NCBI RefSeq assembly: GCF_964204645.1 | Contig: NC_134028.1 | Span: forward strand, 19,537,653 to 19,601,652 | From: Tubulanus polymorphus | Lineage: Eukaryota > Animalia > Nemertea | Reading direction: 5' to 3' | DNA: 64,000 bases | Program-made: the position numbers and the translations under genes | The notes under the pieces: model-generated | Databases searched by the model: none | Seen by the model: the letters and a program-made list of their open reading frames with translations, nothing else | Told to the model about the DNA's origin: nothing | Shown: piece after piece, positions 50,780-63,930 of the stretch | Layout: each line of letters starts with the position of its first letter | How positions within the stretch are numbered: position 1 is the stretch's first letter

Positions 50780-53440
50780 ATTTTGATTTTGTGGCCCGCG
50801 ACAATTCATTATTTTGGTTTTGTCACACGCGACAATTCAATATTTTGGTTTTATCGCCCGCGACAATTCATTATTTTGGTTTTATCCCTTGCGACAATTC
50901 ATTATTTTGGTTTTGTCGCCCGCGAAAATTCAATATTTTGGTTTTATCGCCCACGAAAATTCACTACTTTGGTTTTATCGCCAGTGACAATTCATTATTT
51001 TGGTTTTGTCGCCCGCGACAACTCATTATCTTGGTTTTATATTTGGTTTTTGTCGCCCGCTACAATTTTTTGTTTGTTTTGTCGACCGCGACAATTCAAT
51101 ATTTTGGTTTTATCGCCCGCGACAATTCAATATTTTGGTTTTATCGCCCGCGATAATTCATTATTTTGGTTTTGTCGCCCGAGACAATTCATTATTTTGG
51201 TTTTATCGCCGGCGACAATTCATTATTACGGTTTTATCGCCGGCGACAATTCATTATTTTGGTTTTGTCGCCCGAGACAATTCACCATTTTGGTTTTGTC
51301 GCCCGCGACAATTCACCATTTTGGTTTTGTCGCCCGCGACAATTCACCATTTTGGTTTTGTCGCCCGCGACAATTCGTTATTTTGGTTTTATCGCCCGCG
51401 ACAATTCATTATTTTGGTTTTATCGCCCGCGACAATTCATTATTTTGGTTTTATCGCCTGCGACAATTCATTAATTTGGTTTTGTCGCCTGGACAATTCA
51501 CCATTTTGGTTTTGTCGCCCGCGACAAATCATTATTTTTGTTTTGTTGCCCCCACAATTCTTTTTTTGGTTTTGTCGCCCGCGACAATTCATTAGTTTGG
51601 TTTTGTCGCCCGCGACAATTCAATATTTTGGTTTTATCGCCCACGACAATTCATTACTTTGGTTTTATCTCCAGCGACAATTCATTATTTTGGTTTTGTC
51701 GCCCGCGACAATTCTTCTTTTGGTTTTGACGCCCGCGAAAATTCATTATTTTGGTTTTATATTTTGTTTTTGTCGCCCGCGACAATTTTTTTTTTGGTTT
51801 TGTCGCCCGCGACAATTCATTATTTTGGTTTTATCGCCCGCGACAATTCAATATTTTGGTTTTATCGCCCACGATAATTCATTATTTTGGTTTTATTGCC
51901 CGCGACAATTTATTATTTTGGTTTTGTCGCACGAGACAATTCATTATTTTGGTTTTATCGCCCGCGACAATTCATTATTTTGGTTTTGTCGCCCGAAGAA
52001 AATTTTGAAGACGCTTTGATCAATTACCTTGATCTTTCGTTTATATTTGAATCTACCAAAGGCCCATCAGCATAAGAAAATTGGGTCGATCTGACTCAAG
52101 ATGGCCGTCCTATGACCTTTTTAGTGCCCAAAAATGTCAAGTTTGGCCAGAATTCTAGGTCCTGTAGCTTCCTACTGGTTTGCCATTTCTCATTGCAATT
52201 GCTGATGGATATTCTTTAGAGAGGGAAGTTTTATACCTGGGACAGGTATTTTTGATCAGCCAATTATGACGCAATTGGCGGCCATCTTGGTGTCATCAGT
52301 ACTCATTCGTAGGTGGGAAAAAGTTTTTCCACAATTAATTGATACCTAAGCATATTGTGTTACTATATTCAATTGGAAAGTTGTAGCCCATAACGTGTTC
52401 TATGATTTTGGTGAGTTTCAAGGTCATTGGTTTTTGTATGTGGCCATCAGGGGGCGTTGAATAATACAATAACTTAGTATCGCTATATTATATTTGTACC
52501 AAGGCATATTTTGTTACCATGATCAATGTCAAAGTTGTAGTTCATGACATCGTCTATGATTGTGGAGAGTTTTTAAGGACATAAGTTATTCCATATAGTC
52601 ACCAGGGGGCGTTGAATAGTAGAAAAGCTTAGTTTTTCCTTATTAGATTGGTACCTAGGCATAGTTTGTTACCATGATCCATTGCAAAGTTGTAGTTCAT
52701 GACATCGTCTATGATTGTGGTGAGTTTTAAAGGACATTAGTTATTCCATATAGTCACCAGGGGGCGCTGAATAGTAGAATGGCTTAGTATTTCCTTATTA
52801 GATTGGTACCTAGGCATATTTTGTTACTATGATCAATTGCAAAGTTGTATTTCATGACATGTACTACGATTGTGGTGAGTTTTAAGGTCATTGGGTTTTG
52901 CATATGGTCACCAGGGGGCGTTGAATAGTAGAATAACTTAGTATTTCCATATTAAATTGGTAACGAGGCATATTTTTCTACAAAATCATAGCTGCTCACA
53001 TGTTCTATGATTGTGGTGGGTTTCAAGGTCATTGGTTTTTGTATATGGTCACTAGAGGGCGTTATGTATTGAAATTGTTAGATTGTTGAGCATTTGAAAC
53101 CACTGCCCAAGTGAGCATGGTGTCCCTGGACCCCTAGTTTGGTTTTGTCGCCTACGACAATTCATTATTTTGGTTTTGTCGCACGCAACAATTCAATAGT
53201 TTGTTTTTGTCGTCCGCGACAATTCATTATTTTGGTTTTATCGCCCGCAACAATTCAATATTTTGGTTTTATCGCCCACGACAATTCATTATTGTGGTTT
53301 TATCGCCCGCGACAATTCATTATTTTGGTTTTATCGGCCGCGACAATTCATTATTTTGGTTTTGTCGCCCGTGACAATTCAATATTTTGGTTTTGTCACC
53401 CGCGACAATTCATAATTTTGGTTTTGTCGCCCGTGGTTTT
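50780..53440. repeat. Second array of the ~31-bp satellite, interrupted at ~52000-53137
   Basis: Same unit on both sides of the insertion. Confidence 0.95.
52000..53137 (+). mobile_element. Helitron/Helentron-like non-autonomous element with internal ~160-bp tandem repeats
   Basis: About 5 units containing CACCAGGGGGCGTTGAATAGT. The 3' end has a short hairpin followed by CTAG inside a T-run. Confidence 0.6.
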
Positions 53441-56400
53441 GTCGGAACATTAAGTTTTTGGTCGAACAGTGTGTTAAGGTTGTTTTGGAAATTTACTCGG
53501 TCTGGTATATTTTGGATTACTGTGTATGTCATTTGTCAGGACATTAAACAGAAGACGACTTAGGATACTACCTTGCGTGACTCCACTAGTTAGACCGTCT
53601 CACTCCAAGATGAGGCGTTCCGTTGATTTCGGTTACAAGTTTCCGTTCAGAGATAACTGATGTGCCATTTGGGCGACCTATCATTGATACTGTTTCCTAA
53701 TAGCCTGTTCAGTAATGGCTGATGTTGAGCCTTATCAAATGCTTTGTTGAAATCCACCGTTGAACAGGATTCTAAGACTGTGCAGAAAACCCGTTATCGC
53801 TGCTTTGCAGCTATATTTATTATTATTATTATTATTTTTTCCACACATTTTTTGTCAAAAGTACATAGGCTTTTTTACATTACCGCTGTTGCCGATACAA
53901 TCCGTCTGATATCATTCAGCTCAGTTCGATCTACAAATACTCCGTGCGAATTTTGAAGAATCAACGTTACAAAAGCACTGTCGGGCCGTAAACATCGAAA
54001 ATTGAGCCCCATTCAAAGAGCCGACATGTTTTTCTAAGTCGTCTTTCCGAAATCTACCGCACGTTTCTTGTCACATCGATCATCAATTCAAGCATAAATT
54101 AACAAATTTATTACCGAAAGATTGCACATTCTGTCGCGGTTTCTAAAAACTAATTTTAACAGTAACCCATTTTCCTCATCAAATTATATTACTGATACAC
54201 AGGAAATTTACTACTTTAGATTTTAAAAGCACTGTCGAGCCGTAAACATCGACAAATCGACGTGTGTCACTACATCGTCGTTCCGGGGCTGAGAATCAAA
54301 TCGAGTACAAATTAATTTATTACTACCAGTGATTTGGTTGCGGGCGTTAAGCAGTTAATTTAGCAATACCTATTTTTCTTTACCAAATTAACCGTGTATT
54401 TACTATGATAAATCATGAGTGTACCGGGGAGTCGTAGGCCTAAAGTAAACACGCCGAAGAGATATAGCGGAGAAAAGCTGTTATGTCGACGAGGTATCAA
54501 AATAAAATAATATATTACTTTATTCGACCGCAGGCTTCAACCTCTATATCAATACCATCAATACTCTATATTTCCTACAGTACATACCGATCATTGTCAA
54601 ATGCACAAGGTATTTACTAAATACAAGTATATAACACACTCCTTTCCGTATGCTGGAGTCACATTTGAAATTTGGAGTAAGCGTTCGCTGTGGGGGAAAG
54701 GAGATCGTTCGCTTTGTCGCTTGAAGTGTTTATCGAGTTTTACGTGGCTTTAGGCCTACCGGTATTGAGCTTTACTGTCTCAAACAAACACAGTATAATT
54801 GTTGCGTTTATTAACGGACTCATTGGATGGAACTTCAAAACAAAATTTTCGACATTTAGGAGGGTTGTTATTCAATAGGCCCACGACCAATCTGTCCGGA
54901 TGTTAGGCCTACGCATATACATAGGCCTACATAGGCTAGTAGCCTCTAATAGGTTAAAGCTGAGTTCACTGTAAAGGAGGAATCAGATTTATTAAAGTGC
55001 ATGTTAATTAGTGATTTACTGGTTCTGACTTGTAACGATCAATCACAATTATCAATTTTATTGACAAAAATTAAAATTTTTTTGAAAATTTCGTCTGAGC
55101 AGACAGCTTTATAAGCCAGACTTTTCATCATAAATGAAACTGGTATTTCTTTAATTCCTATGACTTAAGCCGGGGGTGGGTCGGCCTTGCGATGGCTTGT
55201 GACTCACTGCGAGGCCATTCACTGCGACCGCCAGCGACGATTGTGTCGCAACGACTCATCGACCTACGCTCCCTTGCGACAGGTTGTGACTGTCAGCAAC
55301 GCCAGTGACAAGGAGTCGCACGTGTTCTACTTTCTGCAACGCGACACGACTGTCACAACCGACCTACGTGCTCTTGCGACTGGCAGAAACTAGTCGCACA
55401 CAGTCGCTGACAATCGTATCGCAACCGATTTGCGCCAAAACTTGCGATGCAACGCGAGGATCGCATCGCGTCACAAGGCCAACCTACGTCCAGCTTTGAG
55501 TTACTGCGGAGCCCCAGAAATATCTTTTTTCTCGTTCAAAAGACCTTTCGCTTGTAAATTCTTTCTACGGAACAAAATTTATTTCGTTCAAACCAATAAT
55601 ATTCTGTTCGATTGAACCAATTTGAAAAAATCGTTAGAACAAAGTTGAACAAACTTTTTTGTTGAAACAAAAGGTTTTTTCGTTCGAACAATCGTCCGAT
55701 CTAACAGAATCGTTTAAATTTGAACAGAATTTTCTAGTCAGAACATTAAGTTTTTCGTTCGAACAAGTATATTGTAAAAAGTTTTTTCTCCGAACCAAAA
55801 GTATTAATATTTTAACGTTGAAATAAACTACTATCTCGAAGTTTCATTTTCGGACTTTTTATTATCATTGTGGGATTCTCTCCTCATCGCGTCAACACGG
55901 ATATAGTGTTCTACCAATCGTGATCATGCTACCCACGGCTACATAGGCTAGTAGCCTCTACTAGGTTAAAGCTGAGTTCACTGTAAAGGAGGAATCAGAT
56001 TTATTAAAGTGTGGCTGTCAGCAACGCCAGTGACAAGGAGTCGCACGTGTTCTACTTTCTGCAACGCGACACGACTGTCACAACCGACCTACGTGCTCTT
56101 GCGACTGGCAGAAACTAGTCGCACACAGTCGCTGACAATCGTATCGCAACCGATTTGCGCCAAAACTTGCGATGCAACGCGAGGATCGCATCGCGTCACA
56201 AGGCCAACCTACGTCCAGCTTTGAGTTACTGCGGAGCCCCAGAAATATCTTTTTTCTCGTTCAAAAGACCTTTCGCTTGTAAATTCTTTCTACGGAACAA
56301 AATTTATTTCGTTCATACCAATTATATTCTGTTCGATTGAACCAATTTGAAAAAATCGTTAGAACAAAGTTGAACAAACTTTTTTGTTGAAACAAAAGGT

Positions 56401-56644
56401 TTTTTCGTTCGAACAATCGTCCGATCTAACAGAATCGTTTAAATTTGAACAGAATTTTCTAGTCAGAACATTAAGTTTTTCGTTCGAACAAGTATATTGT
56501 AAAAAGTTTTTTCTCCGAACCAAAAGTATTAATATTTTAACGTTGAAATAAACTACTATCTCGAAGTTTCATTTTCGGACTTTTTATTATCATTGTGGGA
56601 TTCGCTCCTCATCGCGTCAACACGGATATAGTGTTCTACCAATC

Positions 56645-59057
56645 GTGATCATGCTACCCACGGATCGAAATATCGTATTAAAATTCTTCTTCTTCACGTT
56701 CCCGTACCTCGTCGCTAGCTTCCGAAATTATGAGAAATGCTATATCAAATCCAGGACTACCAAAAGTAAAGTCAAGTTCCTTCAGGAGTGTTATGCCGAA
56801 AAAGTGGTTCCGCGATCACTTTCTTGGATTTGGAAATACGACTCCAGCTCTGCGTTTCCACCCGAAGCTAACAAGCAACTCAAATTCGCTATAGATCGTG
56901 CTAAGGAAGACTGTAACTATCAGTTCTACAAATTCCGTCAATCTCAAAATTATTTGAAGTCACACGTACCGGACCTATTCCTCTGGAAATCGCTCTCCAC
57001 TATTGTTCAAGGCTCTGGAAAATCTCATCAGCACAGAAAGTCCGTGGATCTTACCAACCAACTGAATAAACTCATTGATTCCAGCCCTTGGACTAGATTT
57101 AGCAACACCGAAAACATAGTAAATTTGTCTTCAACCACGTTATCTTCTACTCAGTGTCAACTTCTCGGCTACGGTTTGAATTTTTCTCTTCCTCATCAAG
57201 ATAAACATGTTTTAGACTTTGTCACCCAATTGGAATATCGCAAATCATCTCCGAACAGTTTGGACTATAACTTTATATTCATGAATCTACAGGCTATTTG
57301 CGATCAACTCAACAGGAACCTCTTTGAATATCTACCTCGTCGATTTCGGCTAGCCCTCCAAGAACTACGGAAGTTAAAGACTATTAAAATATCTAAGGCT
57401 GATAAAGGTGGCAAGATTGTGATTTTAGATCTGGATAATTATAATGTTAAAATGCAATCTCTCTTGGATAATCCTGGTGTTTATAAGAAACTTAAATCGA
57501 ATCCTCTTCCTCGTATGCAAGCTAATTTCAACAGAAGTCTTTCGGATATTATTAAACGTTTCCCCTCCGCTAAAGAAACTCTGAATAAGTTCCATTCACG
57601 TCTTCCCTCTTTACCATATATCTATGGATTGCCTAAAATTCATAAAGATAATGTTCCACTGTGCCCTATAGTCTCCAATTGTAATTCTCCTACATACCGG
57701 TTATCTAAATTTCTCGCGAAACAGTTATCTCCGGTGCTCGGTTCGATCGTTCTCTCCGTCGCACCTTCGCCATAATCAACACTTACTTGAACGTATTAAG
57801 AATATTATCCCTGGCAACGACAAATTTATATCATTTGATGTTACTTCCCTTTTTACCAATGTTCCTCTTGGACCTACTCTTGATTTCTTAAAACGCAGAT
57901 TACCATCACTTAACATTAACTTCGGCATTCCTACGGATTGTATCATCGACCTTATCTCTATTTGTACGACGGACTCCTTTTTTGAATTCAACAATTGTTT
58001 TTACGAACAGACATTCGGTATCGCTATGGGAAATCCTCTTAGTCCTATTCTAGCCAATTTATTCCTAGAACATGTTGACTCTGAAATATTGCCTTTTTAT
58101 ACTGATATTCACCCTAAAATCTGGCTCAGATATGTTGACGATGTTCTGGCTTTGGTTCCCTTTGACTTCAATGTTGATAACTTTCTTGTATATTTAAACT
58201 CCCTTTACCCGTCTCTGGCTTTTACGTATGAATGGGAATCTAATAGTAAAATACCTTTTCTGGATGTTTTGATTTTTAACTGTGGATCCTTTTTGAAATT
58301 CGCGGTTTATAGGAAACCTACCAACGCTGAATCCTACCTCCATTACTTCTCTTTTACTTCTCCGGATATTAAACTCGGTTTAGCTCAAGGATTATTTCTT
58401 CGCGCTTTGAGAATTTGCGACCCCTTATTTCTACCCGATGAAATTCACCATATTAACCAATCTCTCAAAAAACTTGCCTACCCCGATTTCCTATTGAAAA
58501 AAGCTCTACTTAAAGCTCGTACTACGCATTTTAGAAATAACAACCTTAGAACTCCTACGTTGGCTACCGATAAACAGCCTATCATTGTACCGTATGTACC
58601 TTTCCTCGAAAATGCTAAAGTTTCTCTTCGGTCACTAAATAAACAACTTATCTTTAAATACAATAATAAACTTAGTAACATATTGATTAATAACAAACCG
58701 AAAACCGAATCCCTAAACTGTGGAATTTATAAAATACCTTGTAAAGTTTGCGACAAAGTATATATAGGAGAAACAGGTCGGAATCTTAATCAACGCATAA
58801 AAGAGCATAAATTAGATGTAAAACACTTTAAACCTGAAAGCGGAGTTGCTAGTCATGTTTTTCAGACTTCACACAATTTTGATTTTGCTAATGCTGAATT
58901 AATTTACCCTTGCAGCGATAAAACTAGAAGACATATTTTGGAATCTGCATTAATTATTGAAAATTCGAACAACGTTGTAAACCTTAACAATGGTTTTTCA
59001 CCCCATAATAAACTTATATCAAAATTCCTCTGTAAACTGGTTAAACTCAACACTTGA
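56645..59057 (+). pseudogene. Penelope RT plus GIY-YIG endonuclease (~800 aa, single frameshift ~57745)
   Basis: KADKGG, YGLPKIHK, SFDVTSLFTNVP, MGNPLSP, RYVDD, PFLD, VYRKPT, GIYKIPC..CDKVYIGETGRNLNQRIKEH. Confidence 0.95.
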
Positions 59058-59367
59058 TTTCCCCTTTGATTATTTGTTATTTGTTCTCTCATCAAATTCG
59101 TCTCTGACTTAACTTGTATTCACCTTTGTTTTAATTTAAGTGCCCCCTAGTTTGTCTTTCTTTTTACTACTGACTTTAAGTTTCATTTATATTTATACTC
59201 ACTATTGTTGTTTATAATTACCCCTTAGTTTGCTTCCCTTTTAATCTATTTTAGCGTGTAACTGTTTCTACGTTAATTTTCCTTTAGTTTGTATCATCTC
59301 TGATTACTTGAATTAGTCTCTTTGTCTCTGGATTGTATATATATATCTCATAATTTCTGTAGTATCT

Positions 59368-59420
59368 CATTATTCCTGAAGATGACTATTAGGATATAGT
59401 CGAAACGTTGAAATAAACTA
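59368..59420 (+). ncRNA. Minimal type I hammerhead ribozyme in the Penelope pLTR
   Basis: TTATTC-CTGAAGA-stem II (TGACTAT/ATAGTCG)-GAAAC-GTT-GAAATAA matches the CUGANGA...GAAA core. Confidence 0.7.
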
Positions 59421-59531
59421 CGAAGTTTCATTTTCGGACTTTTTATTATCATTGTGGGATTCTCTCCTCATTGTATAGGAATTGTAATCGGAGGAATATT
59501 ATATTTTAAATTTTAATTTTTTATTATGTAA

Positions 59532-61110
59532 ATGGCAGAAGGCGGAGAAGATATTCCATTGGAAGGCATGGGAAATAATAATGAAGGATATATTGATGAT
59601 GAACCGCAACCCAATTTAAATGAAACTAATATTGATGATGATAATGAATCAGCATATAATTCTAATTTAGCAGATGGTGGTCATAAAGCCCTATCAACAG
59701 ATGAATATGATAGAAAAACTAGATCGAAAATATATCCTGAACATGAAAATCCAAATTTAGTAAAAAAAAATTAGAATATAATCAATATATTTATAAAATG
59801 TAAACCTATATTTGAAATATCTGGGTATAATATAAGTGATAGAGATGCTGAACGTTTAGTAGAAAATCTAAAACTTTTTAAAGGTAAATATTATTATCAT
59901 TTGGATGGTGATTATTATATTGATATCACTAATCAAAGAACAAGACTAAATAAAATATTAGCGGAATCAACTTTGAAAAATTTAGAGACATTTAGAATTA
60001 AGAGAATAAGTAATAGTAATGAAATAACTGATGTTACACAGGAAGAAAGAGATGATAATATAACAGAATTTAGTGAAAGAATTGATTACTTATTCAAAAT
60101 AATCAATAAAAATTCAGAAACAGAAATGGAAGAGTATAGAGATCGATTAGATAAATTAAGATCTTCAACACCCGAAACATCGAGAAGAGATATTCAACAA
60201 ATTGATAATGATTCAAGTCAATTACAATTAGGAAAACGTTTAGATAACTTACTGGATACAATGAATTCATTTGAAGAAGATATGATTAGTGTTTTAGATA
60301 CACCCGGTACAGAAACTGGAATAAATCGAATACAATCTTTACTAGAAAAAGGATTAATTGATTTAACTGATGATGAATTAGTAGCATTTCGTAAAGAAAT
60401 TAAAGGTATGCAAGAATCATCTGTTGAAATTGCTAATATTAAGATGAGATTTTCTAAAATAACCATGTTAGAAGAAGAATTAACTAATGCAAATGAAAAA
60501 TTAAAACAATTAAATAAAGATCTTCAAGTAATCGAGGAAGCTGATTATGAAAGCAGAAAGTTAGCTTCAGAAAAAAAAAATTGATGATTTAAAATATAAT
60601 ATAGAATTACAGAAAGAAGAAAGAGATACATTATCAAAATCATATAATCTTAATCATATTGAAAAATTAAAAGTTATTTTTAAAGATTTGTTGATAAAAC
60701 CAGATTCTAGAATATCATTAAACGATAGAATAAGATTATTATTCAAATTAGAAGGAATAACAATTCTTTCAATTCTAACAGCTGTAACTATGTTATTTAC
60801 AACAATTGGTTTAGCAATATCAAATTCTTTGAAATCTACTCCTACTCCAAATAAACCAGATAAACCTCCAGATAATAATTCTATACAAGATAAAGTTAAG
60901 GATGGTTTAAAGAAATTGGCGAAATATTTATGGGAACTATCTAAAAAATCTGCTGCAGCATTGCCCGGAGTTATTGTCTCAATTGTTGGTTTTATATTGA
61001 AATCTGCAGGAAACATTATTAACTTTGCTGCTGAACATATTATTTTATTTCTAATTACAGTTGTAAGTGCAATTATTTTTGGGTTAGTAAACATGATAAA
61101 AAATAAATAA
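59532..61110 (+). pseudogene. Paralog of the 7240-8694 acidic/coiled-coil/membrane protein
   Basis: MGNNNEGYIDD...ESAYNSNL and FTTIGLAISNSLKSTPTPNKPDKPP...AAALPGVI are shared. Frameshifts fall in A-runs. Confidence 0.75.
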
Positions 61111-61130
61111 TTAATTTTTTTGTTAAATAA

Positions 61131-62378
61131 ATGAGTGGGAGTTATATCAATCCTTCTAAGAATCATAGAATATCTAATGCTATTAAAGCAGAGAGATCAC
61201 ATCATATAATTAATTACTCATAACCCTTCTAATATTAATCCCGATGAAACTTTATATGTTAGAATTCCTCGATTAACACAAAATACTTTTTATGTTCCAA
61301 ATAGTATTTATCTATCAGCCGATATAAAAGTAACCGGTAATGATAATAATTATGTTGTTGATAATGTTGGAAGATATTTGATTAAAAGATTAACAATAAA
61401 GATCGGTCCAGAAACAGTTTTCTCATTAGATGATTATAATTTATTTATGCATTATAAAGATTTATGGTTAACTAAAGAAAACAGAAATAATATGATATTT
61501 CAAGGAATCCAATCAGAAAACCAAAATAAATTAAGATCAGAAGCTAATAGCGATTAACTAATGCTATAGATAAATTGATAAAAAGTATATATGGAAGCAA
61601 ATATAAAATTCCATTAGACTTTGAATTGATAAATAATAATGCGCCTTTATATAAATACGCAATTCAAGAAGATGTTACATTCGAAATAACATTTGCTCCT
61701 GTTAATGAAATTGTAATATCTAGCGCTAATAAAGATATGAGTTATAAATTATCGAATATATGTTTAGAATATGATACAGTAACTGATGAAAATATTTCAA
61801 GTATAATTCAAACTAAATACAATCAAGGATTTTCATTATTATATGATAATATTGATAAATTTAAAACTGTAACTATTAATGCAAATGATGAAATAATTAA
61901 TGAGAATATTAACTTCCCAAGAAGATCTATTAAAGGTATATTAATATTTTTTACCATTGCAACATATACTAATGGCGCAATAAATGTTGATAATTATTAT
62001 AATCCTGAAATAACAAAAGTAGAAATAACTATCGAAGGAATAGCAAATAAAATATTTTGTCAAGGAATGAGAATGATAGATCAATGGCCAGAAATTAGAA
62101 AACATTTTATGAATGAAAAAGTAAAATCATCTGAAAATTGTAATATTAATCAAATTGATTATTATACCGGCAATAAATATGCATTATGGTTAGATTTTAG
62201 AACAACAGAGGATAATTCATTACATGGTTCTGGAAAAAAATTACAGAACACTAAAGATGGAATACAATTATTCATGAAAAAGAAAAGAGGAGACAAAAAT
62301 TTTAAAATGCACATTTATATTATATCTGACGCGCAATTAAATATTGTAAATTGTCAATTAAATAGTGTTATGTATTAA
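61131..62378 (+). pseudogene. Polinton major capsid protein, copy 2 (frameshifted)
   Basis: Near-identical to 5969-7219. Confidence 0.75.
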
Positions 62379-62410
62379 AATTTTAACTTTGATAAAAATT
62401 TATATAATAA

Positions 62411-63376
62411 ATGGAAGGAGGTTAAGTATATAAACATATTCCATACATCGATACACATGAAAATAATGATGGTTTATATTATGTAATACCTTGTAATATA
62501 GCTTTGATATTTGATCCTATTTTCAAAATTTATAAAACTAAACTAATAGAAATCGATAATAATAAAAGTGGTGTTGTTGATAATTTAAGTAATGTAATTG
62601 ATAATAATGTAATACCTTCTACATCTAATAATGTAATACCTTCTACATCTAATAATGTAATACCTTCTACATCTAATAATGCAATACCATCTACATCTAA
62701 TAATGTAATACCTTCTACATCTAATAATGCAATACCTTCTACATCTAATAATGTAATACCTTCTACATCTAATAATGGAATACCTTCTACATCTAATAAT
62801 GAAATAATATTAAATATTAGTGAAAATAGAAATTATTGTGATCATTGTAAAGGTGAATTTTCAAACGCCCCATCAAATTGGAATAAACATATGAATACAA
62901 AGGTACATATTACTAATGTAATAGAACGTGTTGGTTTAAGAGAATTTATAGAACACCCATTTAAATATGTTACAAAGTTTGTTTCAAATAAAAAAGTAAA
63001 TGGTAAAGAATTATATGAAGATTTATTATTAGCAACACCTAATAAAAATGAATTAGATTTAACCGATGCTAATAAAATATAAGGATCAAACACTGTAAAT
63101 GAAATATTAGGAGCAAACACTAATAAAGATGATGATGAAAATATAGTTACAGATAAGCATATTGATAATAAAGATTCTATGAAACATAGAGTAGAAAATA
63201 ATGATAAATCTGATTGGATGAATAAGCATAACAATGAAACAACTATTGATGATGCGGTAAAAAGGGTGAAGAATAAGTATAAAAATAAAACAACTATTGA
63301 TGTAGATTCGGTAGAGCATTTGAATAAATTGTTGGGGCCTGATAGTGAATTGGAGAGTGATGATGAAAGTGATTAA
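62411..63376 (+). pseudogene. Hypothetical protein with 24-bp repeat (NNVIPSTS x8), a C2H2 finger and an acidic tail
   Basis: Repeat at ~62603-62800, CDHC...WNKHMNTKVH, broken by stops and frameshifts. Confidence 0.55.
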
Positions 63377-63554
63377 GATATTAATTATATTTAACTCAAA
63401 TAATAATATCAGTTGAAAATTGTATAAAATAATAGTAAATAAAAAAGGGGGTTTTAAGTATTTAAGGTATTTAAGGTATCTAATACATATCTAATACAAT
63501 CTAATACATAAAATATCTTATTTTATAAACTGATATTCATATGGAAATTGAAAC

Positions 63555-63645
63555 CCCAGGTATTAGGGTATCTAATAGGGTATCAGGTATTAGGGTATCT
63601 AAAAGGGTATCAGGTATTAGGGTATCTAATAGGGTATCTAATACA
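63555..63645. repeat. 28-bp tandem repeat CAGGTATTAGGGTATCTAATAGGGTAT between convergent genes
   Basis: Three units. Confidence 0.8.
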
Positions 63646-63660
63646 TAGGTATACAAATAG

Positions 63661-63930
63661 TTATTTTATAAATTTATATTCATAGGGAAATTGTAGTCTC
63701 AGTAATAATTTTGAACCTTTATTATTCTTTAATTTATTCATATATTCATCATGTAATTCAGTAGGTATAATTTGATTTTCTTCCAATGATTGTTGCATAG
63801 ATTTTCTATCCTTATTGTAGAATAAAACTAGAAATCTTATATTCTCCCTAAAGTCTTTAAACATTGAATTATATTTTTGATTTAAAACCCATGTTGTTAT
63901 CCCGAAATGTCTCCCAGAGAAAGCTATTCC
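63661..63930 (-). pseudogene. A32-like packaging ATPase, C-terminal part
   Basis: IAFSGRHFGITTWVLNQKYNSMFKDFRENIRFLVLF (GRH, Q and R.N motifs). Confidence 0.75.

Larger units (their letters stand above)
44900..56520 (+). repeat. Macrosatellite of Helentron-like non-autonomous units (starts ~44900, ~49740, ~53820)
   Basis: Unit start ATTATTATTTTCTTCCACAC recurs, followed by shared ~1-kb blocks. The Helentron assignment is an inference from the hairpin plus ATT microsatellite and internal satellites. Confidence 0.7.
56535..59471 (+). mobile_element. Penelope-like retroelement with direct pLTRs
   Basis: pLTR sequence AACGTTGAAATAAACTAC...GGGATTC.CTCCTCAT at ~55815, ~56539 and ~59404, flanking the RT-GIY-YIG ORF. 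Confidence 0.92.

Noticed and set aside
46235-53453. Many long ORFs (ILVLSPATIHYFGFIARDNS repeats) and a CRISPR-like appearance
   Set aside because: Translations of a 31-bp satellite in all three frames. There are no unique spacers and no cas genes.
60654-61166. Antisense ORFs 60654..61166(-), 7527..7850(+) and 62842..63234(-)
   Set aside because: Shadows of sense-strand viral genes with no motifs and no TAAATG starts.
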